Shown here piece by piece: positions 39,811 through 52,215 of a DNA stretch of 64,000 nucleotides. Origin of the DNA: Mobula hypostoma. Lineage: Eukaryota. The DNA lies in the NCBI RefSeq assembly GCF_963921235.1, contig NC_086097.1:227542001-227606000 (forward strand). The letters run 5' to 3'. The position numbers were made by a program, and so were the translations under genes. Position 1 is the first letter of the stretch. Every line of letters begins with the position of its first letter. The notes under the pieces were generated by a model. The model was not told the DNA's origin, ran no database searches, and worked only from the letters and a program-made list of their open reading frames with translations.

Positions 39811-42445
39811 TGTCCCATGGTTGAGATATCTAAAGCTATTAGGATAAGTTAAGGATAAGTGATAAGAGGTTTAGAAGGATCTGAGAAAGAAATATTCGAC
39901 CAGAGAAGATGACAGAGATAGAATCTCCACAGTACTTAAAGAAGTACCTAGACAAGCAATTGAATTATCAAGGTATAGAACAACTGCAACAGATAAGACT
40001 TCTGTAGATGCGAAACTGATGGTTGCCATGGAGATGATGGACTGAAGAGCCTATCCCTGTGCAACACCATAAGTACATGAATCTATTTTGGCAACTTGTT
40101 CTCTCAGGCTTTTACAAATTTTCAAATATTTCTTATTATCAGAGACAATTGTAAAGAAATTTAAAAGATTTAATAAGTTGAAAACTGTTTAAGAATAATT
40201 AAACAAATTAGAAACATTTAACTGCCATAAATCAATTAATATTAAAGTAATATTATAAAATAAAATCCAGTCACTTTCCCACCACACTATCATTGAAATG
40301 GCACGAGAGACACCTTGGACTAATGTGAAGCTGAGAGCAGATATGAAATTCTTTATGGAACCTTTGGCTTGCTGTTAGCACAATCTTTAATTTATAATAC
40401 AGTCCAGCTCTGCTGGTCATCATGAGCTATAAGAGTTAAGCTGGACTTCTTGTTACGATAGCCACCACTATTAATGATGTAAGTTTTATTTTCAAGTTTT
40501 TTTCAACTTAGTATTTATTGGAAACAATGTTTTAATTTGACATGATATCAAACAGCATAATACTGTCATCCTAAAGATGGTATGAAACCACAGATCATGA
40601 AATCCTTTATGAATAATTGCCTTCAAGCTGCTGAATCTTAACAAGATGGTAATGGATTTAGTAATGTTCAACAATATTTCTAGTAGTGTTTTTAATTGTG
40701 GCATTTTATAAGCTGGCAAAATATTTGCAAGTATAATACTCGATTGCATAAATCCTGTGGTATGCAGGATTTGTGTAAACTAAATTTATAGGTAAAAATT
40801 TCTTTGCCAAAATTAAATTTTAATGGAGATGAAAATAACATGAGCTATTTTTGAGGAAAGTGTACATTTATCCCAATTCTATACCATTAGCAACACACTT
40901 CAGTATGAGCCAGTGCATTTGAAAACTTGTCATTTTTATTTTTCACTGCATTTATAGTCCTCTCTCAACCAATATTATAAAAATACAAATTCCATTGGGA
41001 GAGTAATGTGCATGATTGCAGGTTTGCCTTGTCAAAATCCCGGTCGCTTTACACAGTCATCTTTACCCATGAATAATGCATGGCATAGTATCTCATTATA
41101 TTTCATTTTCTTTACGGCAACATTACCACACCTAGATGGGTTACGATTCCCTTTGGCCCTTCTCAGCTCATTCTAGTCTCATTTCTGTTTAAATGCCTTG
41201 TGAGATAACACTGACAAAATAGGTGTATTTGGCCTGTCATATCATAGTTTCTCTGAATTATTCACAGAGGCCTTGCATAGGTTTATGTAATAACAAAACT
41301 TGATGCCTAGAGCTGTTTACTGATATTCTTATCTTCCTGAGCTCTTGATACTATTTTCTATAAATCTGTTATTCCAAACCAATATTTGTGCAGGTTTGGG
41401 GGAAATAACAAAAGAGCTTGTGGCTTTACATTCTGTAGTTATTTATTGGTGAGTAGAATAAGAGATGCTTCAGGTAGGGAGACTATTTGGGTTTTTCCTT
41501 ATTGACATCTCGATTAATGCTGGAATTGAACAGAAGGATGGCAATCCGTACATCAAATAATTGTGGAAAAGTAACAGCCGCAGAATAAATAAAGAGAACT
41601 TCCCTGCATTTTGTTTTGCCTTATAGGCTTCTAACATTGTGAAGTATCTATTGCAAGGTATCTGTTTTGAAGTTTTGTCCTTTGGTTCAAGTTAGTCGGT
41701 TGATCGATAAATACATGATGTGACATAATCTTCTGGCTCTGTGACAGTTCAAAGATCAACAGCCTTTTAGAGGAGCTCATGTATTTCAATGCGGTGAGTG
41801 AACTATTAGATTATGCAGCTTGACACGATTCTGAAGTCTAGGAAGCAGGGTTTTATGTGGAAATGAATGGTCACACTCTTCCCTGTAGGAGGTCACAAAA
41901 AAAATATTTTTAATGACAACCGCTTATACCACAAAGTAGGTATAACTGCAGGTAGAGCACTAACAGAAGGGGCGAGGTGGGGGTATATGAGAAAGCCAGC
42001 ACTACTGGCTATCCATAATTGCCCTTGAGAAGCTAATTTATCAATGATTTCAGAACAGCTTCTTCCCCTCGCCAGTGGATTTCTGAATGGTCCGTGAACC
42101 CATGAAAACTATCTCACTCTTCCCATTTCTTTACACTATTTATTTATTTTATAAGTTATATTATTTTGTATTTTATATTTATTTACTTTGTAAGTTTTGT
42201 CTTTGTACTGTACTGTTGCTGCAACACAACACATTTCATATTTTAAGCATGAGGTGGCTCGGTAGCGTAGTGGTTAGCACAACGTTTCATAGTACTGGCG
42301 ACTCAGGTTCAATTCCCGCCAGTGCCTGTAAGGAGTCTGTACGCTTTTCCCCATGACCATGTGAGTTTCCTCCCACTATCCAAACACATACTGGTTCATA
42401 GGTCAACTGGTCATTGTAAATTGTCCCATGATTAGGATAGGACAG

Positions 42446-44153
42446 CGGGCTGAGGGTAGCAGACACCAACAGAATCAACAAACTCATTTGTAAGGCCAGT
42501 GATGTTGTGGGGATACATAGAAACATAGAAAATAGGTGCAGGAGTAGGCCATTCGGCCCTTCAAGCCTGCATCGCCATTTATTATGATCATGGCTGATCA
42601 TCCAACTCAGAACCCTGCACCAGCCTTCCCTCCATACCCCCTGATCCCCGTAGTCACAAGGGCCATATCTAACTCCCTCTTAAATATAGCCAATGAACTG
42701 GCCTCAACTGTTTCCTGTGGCAGAGAATTCCACAGATTCACCACTCTCTGTGTGAAGAAGTTTTTCCTAATCTCGGTCCTAAAAGGCTTCCCCTTTATCC
42801 TCAAACTGTGACCCCTCGTTCTGGACTTCCCCAACATCGGGAACAATCTTCCTGCATCTAGCCTGTCCAATCCCTTTAGGATTTTATATGTTTCAATCAG
42901 ATCCCCCCTCAATCTTCTAAATTCCAATGAGTACAAGCCTAGTTCATCCAGTCTTTCTTCATATGAAAGTCCTGCCATCCCAGGAATCAATCTGGTGAAC
43001 CTTCTTTGTACTCCCTCTATGGCAAGGATGTCTTTCCTCAGATTAGGGGACCAAAACTGCACACAATACTCCAGGTGTGGTCTCACCAAGGCCTTGTACA
43101 ACTGCAGTAGTACCTCCCTGCTCCTGTACTCGAATCCTCTCGCTATAAATGCCAGCATACCATTCGCCTTTTTCACCGCCTGCTGTACCTGCATGCCCAC
43201 TTTCAATGACTGGTGTATAATGACACCCAGGTCTCATTGCACCTCCCCTTTTCCTAATGGCCACCATTCAAATAATCTGTTTTGCTATTTTTGCCACCAA
43301 AGTGGATAACTTCACATTTATCTACATTAAATTGAATCTGCCATGAATTTTCCCACTCACCCAACCTATCCAAGTCACTCTGCATCCTCTTAGCATCCTC
43401 CTCACAGCTAACACTGCCACCCAGCTTCGTGTCATCCGCAAACTTGGAGATGCTGCATTTAATTCCCTCATCCAAGTCATTAATATATATTGTAAACAAC
43501 TGGGGTCCCAGCACTGAGCCTTGCGGTACCCCACTAGTCACTGTCTGCCATTCTGAAAAGGTCCCGTTTATTCCCACTCTTTGCTTCCTGTCTGCCAACC
43601 AATTCTTTATCCACATCAATACCTTACCCCCAATACCGTGTGCTTTAAGTTTGCACACTAACCTACTGTGTGGGACCTTGTCAAAAGCCTTTTGAAAATC
43701 CAAATATACCACATCCACTGGTTCTCCCCTATTCACTCTACTAGTTACATCCTCAAAAAATTCTATGAGATTCATCAGACATGGAACTGGACTCTCTGAC
43801 GGTGGTGTCTGAAAAGAGGATGCCGTCCAAGTTGCATGCCATCTTGGACAATGTCTCCCATCCACTACATAATGTACTGGTTGGGCACAGGAGTACATTC
43901 AGCCAGAGACTCATTCCACCGAGATGCAACACAGAGCATCATAGGAAGTCATTCCTGCCTGTGGCCATCAAACTTTACAACTCCTCCCTTGGAGGGTCAA
44001 GCACCCTGAGCCAATAGGCTGGTCCTGGACTTATTTCATAATTTACATATTACTATTTAACTATTTATGGTTTTATTACTATTTATTATTTATGGTGCAA
44101 CTGTAACAAAAACCAATTTCCCTCGGGATCAATAAAGTATGACTATGACTATA
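42446..44153 (+). mobile_element. Rex1-type 3' fragment (same family as 35727-36319) split by CR1
   Basis: gatgttgtggggat | atggaactggac joins across the CR1; (gactat)n tail. Confidence 0.88.
42515..43780 (-). mobile_element. Young 5'-truncated CR1 (fourth family)
   Basis: Nearly intact RT and C-terminus (ORFs 43254-43780, 42607-43206); (tttctatg)n tail. Confidence 0.95.
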
Positions 44154-44221
44154 ACTAGGGGATTGCAGGACGGCGTGGCTTGAAGGGCCGATTCTGAGCT
44201 GTAGGTCAATAAATAAATTTT

Positions 44222-44352
44222 AAAATTCTGTAGATGCTGGAAATCCAAAGCAACACACACACAGAACGCTGGAGAGCTCATCAGGTCAGGCAACATCTAT
44301 GGAAAAGAGTAAAAGGTTGATGTTCCAGGCCGACACCCCTCTTCAGGACTCT
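44222..44352 (-). mobile_element. Penelope pLTR 3' end with hammerhead-like motif (44315-44350)
   Basis: Reverse complement agtcctgaagaggggtgtcggcctggaacatc...ccagcatctacaga. Confidence 0.75.
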
Positions 44353-44844
44353 TTCATATTATATTAGTCAGTGATCTTAAGTCTGATTCTGAATGTGAGC
44401 TTCTATCTTTTGAGTGGTGGGATAGGGTGAGATATTCTCCCACTTCTGGTGAAGAACCCATGGCCTAAATTGCATGTCTCTCCACACATGCTGCTTGAGC
44501 TGCTGAGAGCATCCAGCAAATTCTGCTTTTGGGTCAGATTTCCAGCATCTGCAGTATTTTGCTCCAATTACTCTCCCACAGCTGCTGAGTGGAAACTCCC
44601 AGAACCTGGCACAGTGATGAAGGCGGAAATTCTTGTTCCACTCCTAATTATACTGTTTTCCATTCAACTGGTGATTTAATGTAGCCATAAAACACATGCT
44701 TTTCCTTGTTATATTGTTAAAGAGATAATATGCTATCTTTTACCTGGGTTATAATAAACAAAGTGGATGATAACACATTGCTTAATTGTGCATAATTTGT
44801 GAAGAAATATGTGAAAATCAAACAATTGAAAGTGCAGTTATTAA

Positions 44845-44962
44845 TAAACACAAGAGATTCTGCAGATGCTGGAGATCCGGAGTAACACACACAAAATGCT
44901 GGAAGAACTCAGCAGGTCAGGCGACATCTATGGAAAGGAATAAACAGCCAGTGTTCCAGCCT
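44845..44962 (-). mobile_element. Penelope pLTR 3' end fragment
   Basis: acacaagagattctgcagatgctgga...acacacacaaaatgctggaagaactcagc. Confidence 0.75.
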
Positions 44963-45903
44963 GGATTGCGACATGCAACAAAAAGAAATTCAACAATTAT
45001 ACAGAGTAAAGAATTATAAAAAAGTAAACTTAGAGGTAAAACTGTGAATAGGGAACAAAATATGCATAAGTACATAAATATCAACATATATTTACAATGT
45101 AAAGGGCGGGGGGGAACGTCGACTCAGACCATGAGAGGCCTGTGTCGGGCATTTTCCTGCCTTACAAGGCACAGATTGGAAGTCTGTGTGGGATGCCACT
45201 CCTCGCACAGAAAAGTGAAATGTAAAAAGCTTTATTAAAGTGTTTATGGTGCACTGACTGTGGAAATAAATAGAGGGGTTGGGGGTGGGGAGCTAACTAG
45301 AATGGTTAATTAGGTTAACTGCCTGAGGGAAGGAACTTTTACGATGATGTGAAGTTTGTTGTTTTAATAGTCCTATAGTGCTTTGCAGAAGGGAGCCTTT
45401 CAAAAAGGTAGTTTGCTGGGTAGGTGGTGTCCATAATGATTTTACCTGCTTGCTTCTTTGTCCTGGACTCATACAAGTCCTGCAGTGATGATAATTTACA
45501 ACCAATAGTCTTTTCAGCTGACCTGACAGTTCTGTATAGTTTTTGTATAATAAGAGAACCAATATATAAAAGATTGAGAACTAATCTGTACCAAACCAGA
45601 AAAAAATGGATATTTGAGGGGTTTATACAGTTAATCGTTTCTACAAGATCTATCTTCATATTAAAAAAAAATAATGGTGTGGAAGTTTCTATTCAAAACA
45701 CTCTTTTGCAGTACATCCTCCCCGTAAGATGGTGGTATGCTTGGATGTAGCAGCCTCTCTGGGACCAGCCAAAGGAGTTTGCGTCTTTGTTAAACATCTT
45801 TTTTATGATCACAAGGCAATACTGGACATTCAGAACTTCAAGAAATACAGGTCTGCCCCATTAGCGAATTGCTCATTAGTAGAGGAGCTGGACTTGGTGC
45901 AGA

Positions 45904-46249
45904 TCAATAGACAATAGGTGCAGGAGCAGGCCATTCGGCCCTTCGAGCCAGCACCGCCATTCACTGTGATCATGGCTGATCATCCACAATCAGTACCCTG
46001 TTCCTGCCTTCTCCCCATATCCCTTGACTCCACTATCATTAAGAGCTCTATCTAACTCTTTCTTGAAAGCATCCAGAGAATTGGCCTCCACTACCTCCTG
46101 AGGCAGAGCATTCCACAGATCCACAACTCTCTGGGTGAAAAAGTTTTTCCTTAACTCCTTTCTAAATGGCCTACCCCTTATTCTCAAATTGTGGCCTCTG
46201 GTTCTGGACTCCCCCAACATCGGGAACATGTTTTCTGCCTCTAGCGTGT
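45904..46249 (-). mobile_element. Young CR1 3' fragment (same subfamily as 6672-7297)
   Basis: 79-aa C-terminal ORF nearly identical to the 6858-7202 ORF; TSD CTTGGTGCAGA at 45893-45903 and 46255-46265. Confidence 0.92.
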
Positions 46250-47570
46250 TGCTGCTTGGTGCAGAGAGGCATCAGAGTCTGTGTACAACGGTGGCATGCA
46301 GTCTAACAGCGAGTGGTTGTCTTGCATGCGTTTCTTGTGATCACAAGACCCCAGTTGGACATTGGTACTGTAAAATGCTGCAGGTCTGGTTCACTGGTTT
46401 ATTAGCGAGACTGAAGCTGGGGAGCCGCATGGCCTTGGTTGTAGCACGGACTGGTCCTCATGCCACAGGCTCACCTGTTGCAACTGCCCAGAAGAGGAGA
46501 CGCTGGAGGCCATGTGGCATAGCATCGATGCTGGATTGGAGGCCCATCAGTGCTGCCCTTCTGCGTTTGCTCAGTGGAAGACAAGCCAGGTTGTGTGCGC
46601 TCGTCAGCAGATACACAAATGACGACACCTATGCACCATCAATTTACAGGACATGTCACTGAGGGACTTCGGCTACATATTTTCTGTGTGACTGCATGTT
46701 CTCTGCTATCTTTTATGTGAAATATGTGCCTTGTGCTGTGTATCACTATTGGTACCATGTTTTGCACCTTGGCCCTGGGAGAATTTGGTTTTGTTTTGTT
46801 TGGATGTATTCCTGCATTAAACTTGACCATGAACTTGATTTTCTTGGGTTTCTATGACAACAAAAGATTTCACCTGCACGCCAGCACATGTGCCAGAATT
46901 AACAGTCAGGTTCCAGATCTGACACAGGCAGGAGCAAGTTCAGAGTCACGTTGAAGAGTGGGTGGTCAGCCTCCTGGCACAGGACTGCAAGTGGAACTAC
47001 GGTTGAGACCAACGATGGATCACCCACAGTGTGTTTCATGATCTGTCAGATTATACTGTTTCTTAAAGCAGAAAATGCTGGAAATGTTTAGCAAGTTAGA
47101 TAGCTTCTGTGGAGAGTGAAACTGAAGTATATTTTGATGGGTTTTCATCAAAACTGAGAAATGTTAGAGTTAAAACGCAAGTTAAGATGTTGGGAGAGAA
47201 GGTGTCAGCAGAGTGGAGAAAAGGGAAGCCTACAATTGCTGGGAGGGAGGGAGGGAGGGAGATTAAGAAAAGCATGAGATATTCACCCAGTTTGAATGAA
47301 GATGCTGAAGTGATCAGAGTTTGTCAGGGCAAGTGCAACGTTCAATGAATTATTCTGCTTCTAAATAGGAGTGGTGAAGTTTTCTGGCTAGTCAATCCAA
47401 GAGCCCACACCTCAGAAAAAAACACATTTAGTGAGGGAGTTGGACAGGATGAGGTCTGCTTTACTAACCTTCAAACCCACGGATAAATCCACTACTTTGT
47501 TTGTTCAAGAATGATTATGATAATCATTTTTAGCTTTAGTACTGACATTTTTGGACAAGAAATTTTCCTA

Positions 47571-48268
47571 AGCAACACACACAAATTGCTGGAGGAACTC
47601 AGAAAGTGAGGCAGCATCTATGGAAAAACATTTGACGTTTTGGGCCGAGACCCTTCTTCAAGACTGGAAAGCAAGGGGAAGATGCCAGAATAAAAAGGTG
47701 GGGGGGGGGCTGTGAAGTAAAGGAGGATGCCTAGACGGTGATAGGTGAAGTCAGGTGGATGGGAAAGTTAAAGGACTGGAGATAAAGGAATCTAATAGGA
47801 GCGGAGAGTGCCAAGATGAGGCCACTCTCAGGGTGGAGGAGCAACACCTTATAATTCCCTTTGGGTCCTTCAAACTGATGGCATGAATATTGATTTCTCT
47901 TTCCAGTAAATTTTATTTACCCTCCCCTCCCCACTTCTTCTGTTCTCCATTCCGACTTCTCGTCTGCCTATCACTTCCTCCTGCATCCCCTCCTCCTTCC
48001 CTTTCTCCTGTGGTCCACTCTACTCTCTATCAGATGCCTTCGTCTCCAACCGTTTACCTTTCCCACCCACGGCTTCACCTTCTAGCTGTTCTCCCTCCCC
48101 TCCCCACCCCACCTTTCTATTTTGGAGCCTTCCCCCTCCCTTTCCAGTCTCGAAGAACGGTCTTGGCCTGAAATGTCAAATATTTATTCACTTCCATAGA
48201 TGCTGCCTGACCTGCCGAGTTCCTCCAGCATTTTTTGTCCGCTGTTTCAGATTTCAGCACCTGCAGAC
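47571..48268. mobile_element. Penelope family-1 inverted unit (minus arm about 47571-47810, plus arm about 47810-48268)
   Basis: Arms are reverse complements; the plus arm matches 31615-32030. Hammerhead-like motifs at 47630-47665 (-) and 48146-48181 (+). Confidence 0.85.
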
Positions 48269-48599
48269 TGAGTAGTATGTAAGCGATTTTCCTGTCTCTC
48301 CTTTGTCCAATTTTTGGTCTACCTTGGACAAGATTTTAAGATACCTGTACAGATCCTATCTTTACCTATACTCTCATTCAATTAATATTGTAATTTACAA
48401 CACGTTCTCTCTCTCTCTCGAAGGAAGCCATACTATAGTGTTGTACATATAAAGCTGGTTTTGACCAGCATTTGCTACTTTAGCAACAGTCAAAGAACTA
48501 GAGAAACTCAGTTGGTCAGGAAGCATTTATGGAAGGAAATGGACAGTTCACCTGACAGGTTGAAATCCTTCACCTGGACTGAAAAATAATATGCATATT

Positions 48600-49890
48600 T
48601 GTCGCTGGCTATTGCTAATTTCTACATGGAGGACCCTGAGCAGAGGGCTCGGAGTTCATCACCGTTATGCCCCAAATGCATATGTAGATGACATTTTCGT
48701 AGCATGGCCCTCATGTACTCCAGGCACCCTAGCAGAACATCTGAACAGCATACATCCAAACATTCAATTTATGATGGAGATGGAGAAGAATGGTTGCCTC
48801 CTGTTCGTGGACATTCTAATACGACAGAAACCTAGTGGTAGCCTCGGACATGGCATCGATTGAAAACCCACTCACCCGGTCGTGTACCCCAACAATAATA
48901 GCTACCATCATGCCTTCCAACGTAGAGCAGTTCTTTCTACTTTGATTAACTGTGTGAAAACTATTTCAGACCTGGAAAGTCTCCAGAAAGAAATAAGACA
49001 ATTATGCATAACATTCCTACAGAATGGTAACAAGGTGAAGGAAATCAATCAGGCTCTTAAAAGAGCCAATGGAAAAACCAGGGAACATAATAACGGGGAT
49101 GGGCCCATCACCTCCACCTGTCTTCCCTAAATTTCCACAGACTCTGGAAGGATCACCAGGATCCTGAAGAAATACCAGATTAATACCATCCACAAATCAC
49201 AGCTTATGCAGGTCAAAGTTGACCTGGGACTCAGGATGGCTGTCATTTACAGAATTCCCTGTGAATGCGGAGCAGCGTATATCGGCCAGATGGGACACAC
49301 AGTGGAAACCTGTATCAAGGAGCTGAGGAGGTGTATCTCTTTGGGTTGTCCGGAGAACTCAGCGATAATAGAATATTGCCTCTGCAATGGCAATAGGATT
49401 GACTTCGACTGCATAAAACTACTGTGCCGCACCAGCGGGTTTTGGGACTGTCTGATGAAGGAAGGCATTGAAATAAAACTAGGGGAAAAGAATTTTAACA
49501 AAGAGGAAGGTCTTGCTCTAAGTAAGAACTAGAATTCGATTATAAACAAGGTTGGACAGTGGAAACCTGGTCAGAGGAGGACTAACCATCCTGATCCTCA
49601 ACGGATCAAGAAGCACAGAAAGCACACACCTGACAGGTCCTGCTGAAGGGTCTCGGCCGGAAATGTCGACTGAACTCTTTTCTATAAATGCTACCTGGGC
49701 TGCTGAGTTCCTCCAGCAGTTTCTGTGTGTTGCTTGGATTTCCAGCATCTGCAGATTTTGAGTGGAGGTGCAGATGATGGGGGGGGGGGGCGATGGTATA
49801 TACACCAGCAGAATAGACGTGCCCAGGCATCATCCCTAATGAAGATGACAGAGTTTGCAATCAAAAATTTCAAATAATACAGGTATAATA
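48600..49890 (+). mobile_element. Penelope-like retroelement, family 2 (RT + GIY-YIG), degenerate
   Basis: YVDDIFVAW, HLNSIHPNIQFMMEME...LLFVDIL, AVIYRIPCECGAAYIGQ, KEGIEI...NFNKEEG. Confidence 0.9.
49636..49671 (+). ncRNA. Best-preserved copy of a minimal type I hammerhead-ribozyme-like motif (probably inactivated), in a family-1 pLTR fragment (49636-49760) inserted in the family-2 element
   Basis: GGTC-CTGCTGA-AGGGTCTCGGCCG-GAAA-TGTC-GACT versus the hammerhead core CUGANGA / stem II / GAAA / UH. Confidence 0.6.
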
Positions 49891-49894
49891 GACT

Positions 49895-50415
49895 TCCAAA
49901 CTCTTAATATAATTAATCATAGAGAAAAAAGAAATAATACGAAAAAAAACAAAGAAAACCCCCCCAAAAAAAACAAAAAAAAAAGAAAATGAAACTAAAT
50001 ACTAAACCCAAAAAAAAGCAAATGGAACAAACAAGGCTAGACCAATATCTTAAATCGAACACGTTCAGTAATGTCGTCAACTCCGCTCCTCTATTCATAT
50101 GTTTTAAGTTAATAAGAAGGATTTGGAAAGGTCAAATTACATCATATGAAAATGTTGAATAAATGGTTTCCAAGTCTCTTCAAATTTAACCGAAGGATCA
50201 AAAATGTCACTTCTGATATTTTCTAAATTTAAACATGATATAGTTTGGGAAAACCATTGAAATGTGGTAGGAGGGTTGGTCTCCTTCCAGTTCAATAAAA
50301 TGGATCTTCTGGCCATTAAAGTAACAAATGCGAACATCCGACAGGCTGAAGAGGTTAAAAATCTATGTTCTATCATTGCCAAACCAAAAATTGCCATAAT
50401 AGAATGGGGTTGTAA
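49895..50415 (-). mobile_element. L1-clade LINE 3' fragment
   Basis: ARRSILLNWKETNPPTTFQW...KFEETWKPF, typical of fish L1 ORF2 C-termini, followed by a T-rich 3' UTR. Confidence 0.8.
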
Positions 50416-51670
50416 CCTTTTTCAAATCAGTGAGTTTTCTCTTTTTGGCTAAGGAGGTCTGTAAACTTGAACCTTGCAGAGAAATTTATATCTTTATTAA
50501 CAGAGAAATTTCCTTGGGTTAAAAGTGACGTAAATTAAGGGAGGCATGGAAATACTGCACAGAGCGGAGATGCAGTTTTAAATAATATATATATAAATAT
50601 ATATAAATAGATGAAAACCTATGGGACATTAGAAACAACTGTATAAAATTAATTTCCATATTTCGCATGAACGTACATAGAGTTACTGTCACCAGAATTG
50701 CAGTAGACCAAACAATCAGAGAGGGCCATTCCATCAATTCAACAGCAATGACCTGTGAGTTAGGTGGTCCTTTGGGCACACCTTTTTTTTTTCTTGTTGG
50801 ATTATGATGTGTGAGATTGTCCCTGTTCTGTTTGGAAAGATATGTCTGAGGTAATTGTTTCTGTCACTGGCAATGTCTTGAAGGTCTGCATTAGTATGAA
50901 AGGAAATGATATGACAAGTGCTTTATTTAAAATAAACAAGTTAGGCATCTTACATGTATACTAGTATAACAAGGTTATTTGCAATGTAAGTCTTTCCAAT
51001 ATATTTATTGATTGACCTGATAAGATTATTTTATTAGGAGAAACTACATCTTGTGTATCTAACACATTGTGATAAAATTTATCATAAAGGTTTGCTTAAG
51101 GCATTATTAATTAATAAAGATCTGAAAAAATGCTGGCTTTAGCCTTCAAAGGCCATTTTAGCTTTCTAAAGTGATGTGAAATCTCGTTTTCCATTGAGAT
51201 CAGAAAAGATGCCTGTCTCTAAATACATGCCATCAGGATATACAGTAACTACGCAACAATATGGATAGAATCCCACTCCTAAAGTCTAGATAGAACAATA
51301 ACCTGGGATCATTTGGCCCCTTACAAGTTGATTAAGAAGAAGATAATTAAAGAGCAACTGACACTGAGCCTCGATGAAGAATTAGACCAGCGACTTCAGA
51401 GAAGGGACAGAGGTATATTTTAAGGTGGACCATTCAGAAGGACAGAGGACCAGAAGGATTATGGAAGTAATGCCAGACATTGGGTAACATACAGTAGGAA
51501 TGAAGCAAGGAGAGCAGGGAAAGATATGAAGTTCCTGGACAATTGTAAGGCTGAGGAAGGTTATTTAAATAAATAGAGCTGAGACTTTGGGATAATTTAC
51601 CGTTTTCATTGAAGGAAATAACTTCAGGTCTGCTAATGTCGTATTGTGGCTCATTCAAGAAAGGATGACA

Positions 51671-52215
51671 CAGTACTCTGCAAAAGTCTGAGATGCATAT
51701 GTATAGCTAGGGTGCCAAAGACTATTCCACAGTACTGTATTTGTCAATGTGGAGCGAGTTTGTAAATCTGGTGGGAATAAAGTATGTTAGGACTGGCGAG
51801 GGTGGAGCACTGCAGGAAGGGTGAGGGAGAGGTGGCAGAAAATTAGTGCCAGGGGGTGGGGGGGAGGGGTTGATGCGAGTGCAGACTCACCCAGGCCTGA
51901 GGCACCGGGGAAGGTCATTTGACTCCAAATAATTGGTTTATTGATTGTTACAGAATGCCCCTCTAGTGCTTCCTGCTCCCTTCCCTCTCTCTTCACCTTT
52001 TCCCAACCATGATTCCCCTTTCCCTGCCCACTTCCCACACTCAGTCCACAATAGACACCCATATCAGAATCAGGTTTATCATCACTCACATATGTTATGA
52101 AATTGTTTTTTATTTGCAGCAGTACAGTACAATACATAAAATTACCGCAGTACTGTGCAAAAGCCTTAAGCACACTACTATATAATTGCATGCCTGAGTC
52201 TCTTGCACAGTACTG
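51671..52215 (-). repeat. Composite repeat bounded by two Tc1-like mini-hairpins (51671-51737 and 52148-52215)
   Basis: Each unit is CAGTACT.TGCAAAAG...CACAGTACTG-TA; the interior matches 13030-13370 and 26850-26945 in reverse. Confidence 0.78.

Larger units (their letters stand above)
42251..44217 (+). mobile_element. V-SINE split by nested insertions (pieces about 42251-42445 and 44154-44217)
   Basis: tRNA-like head tagcgtagtggttagc...ggttcaattccc and V-domain. The 3' part ggcggcgtgg-like...aataaataaa resumes after the Rex1 tail. Confidence 0.75.
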
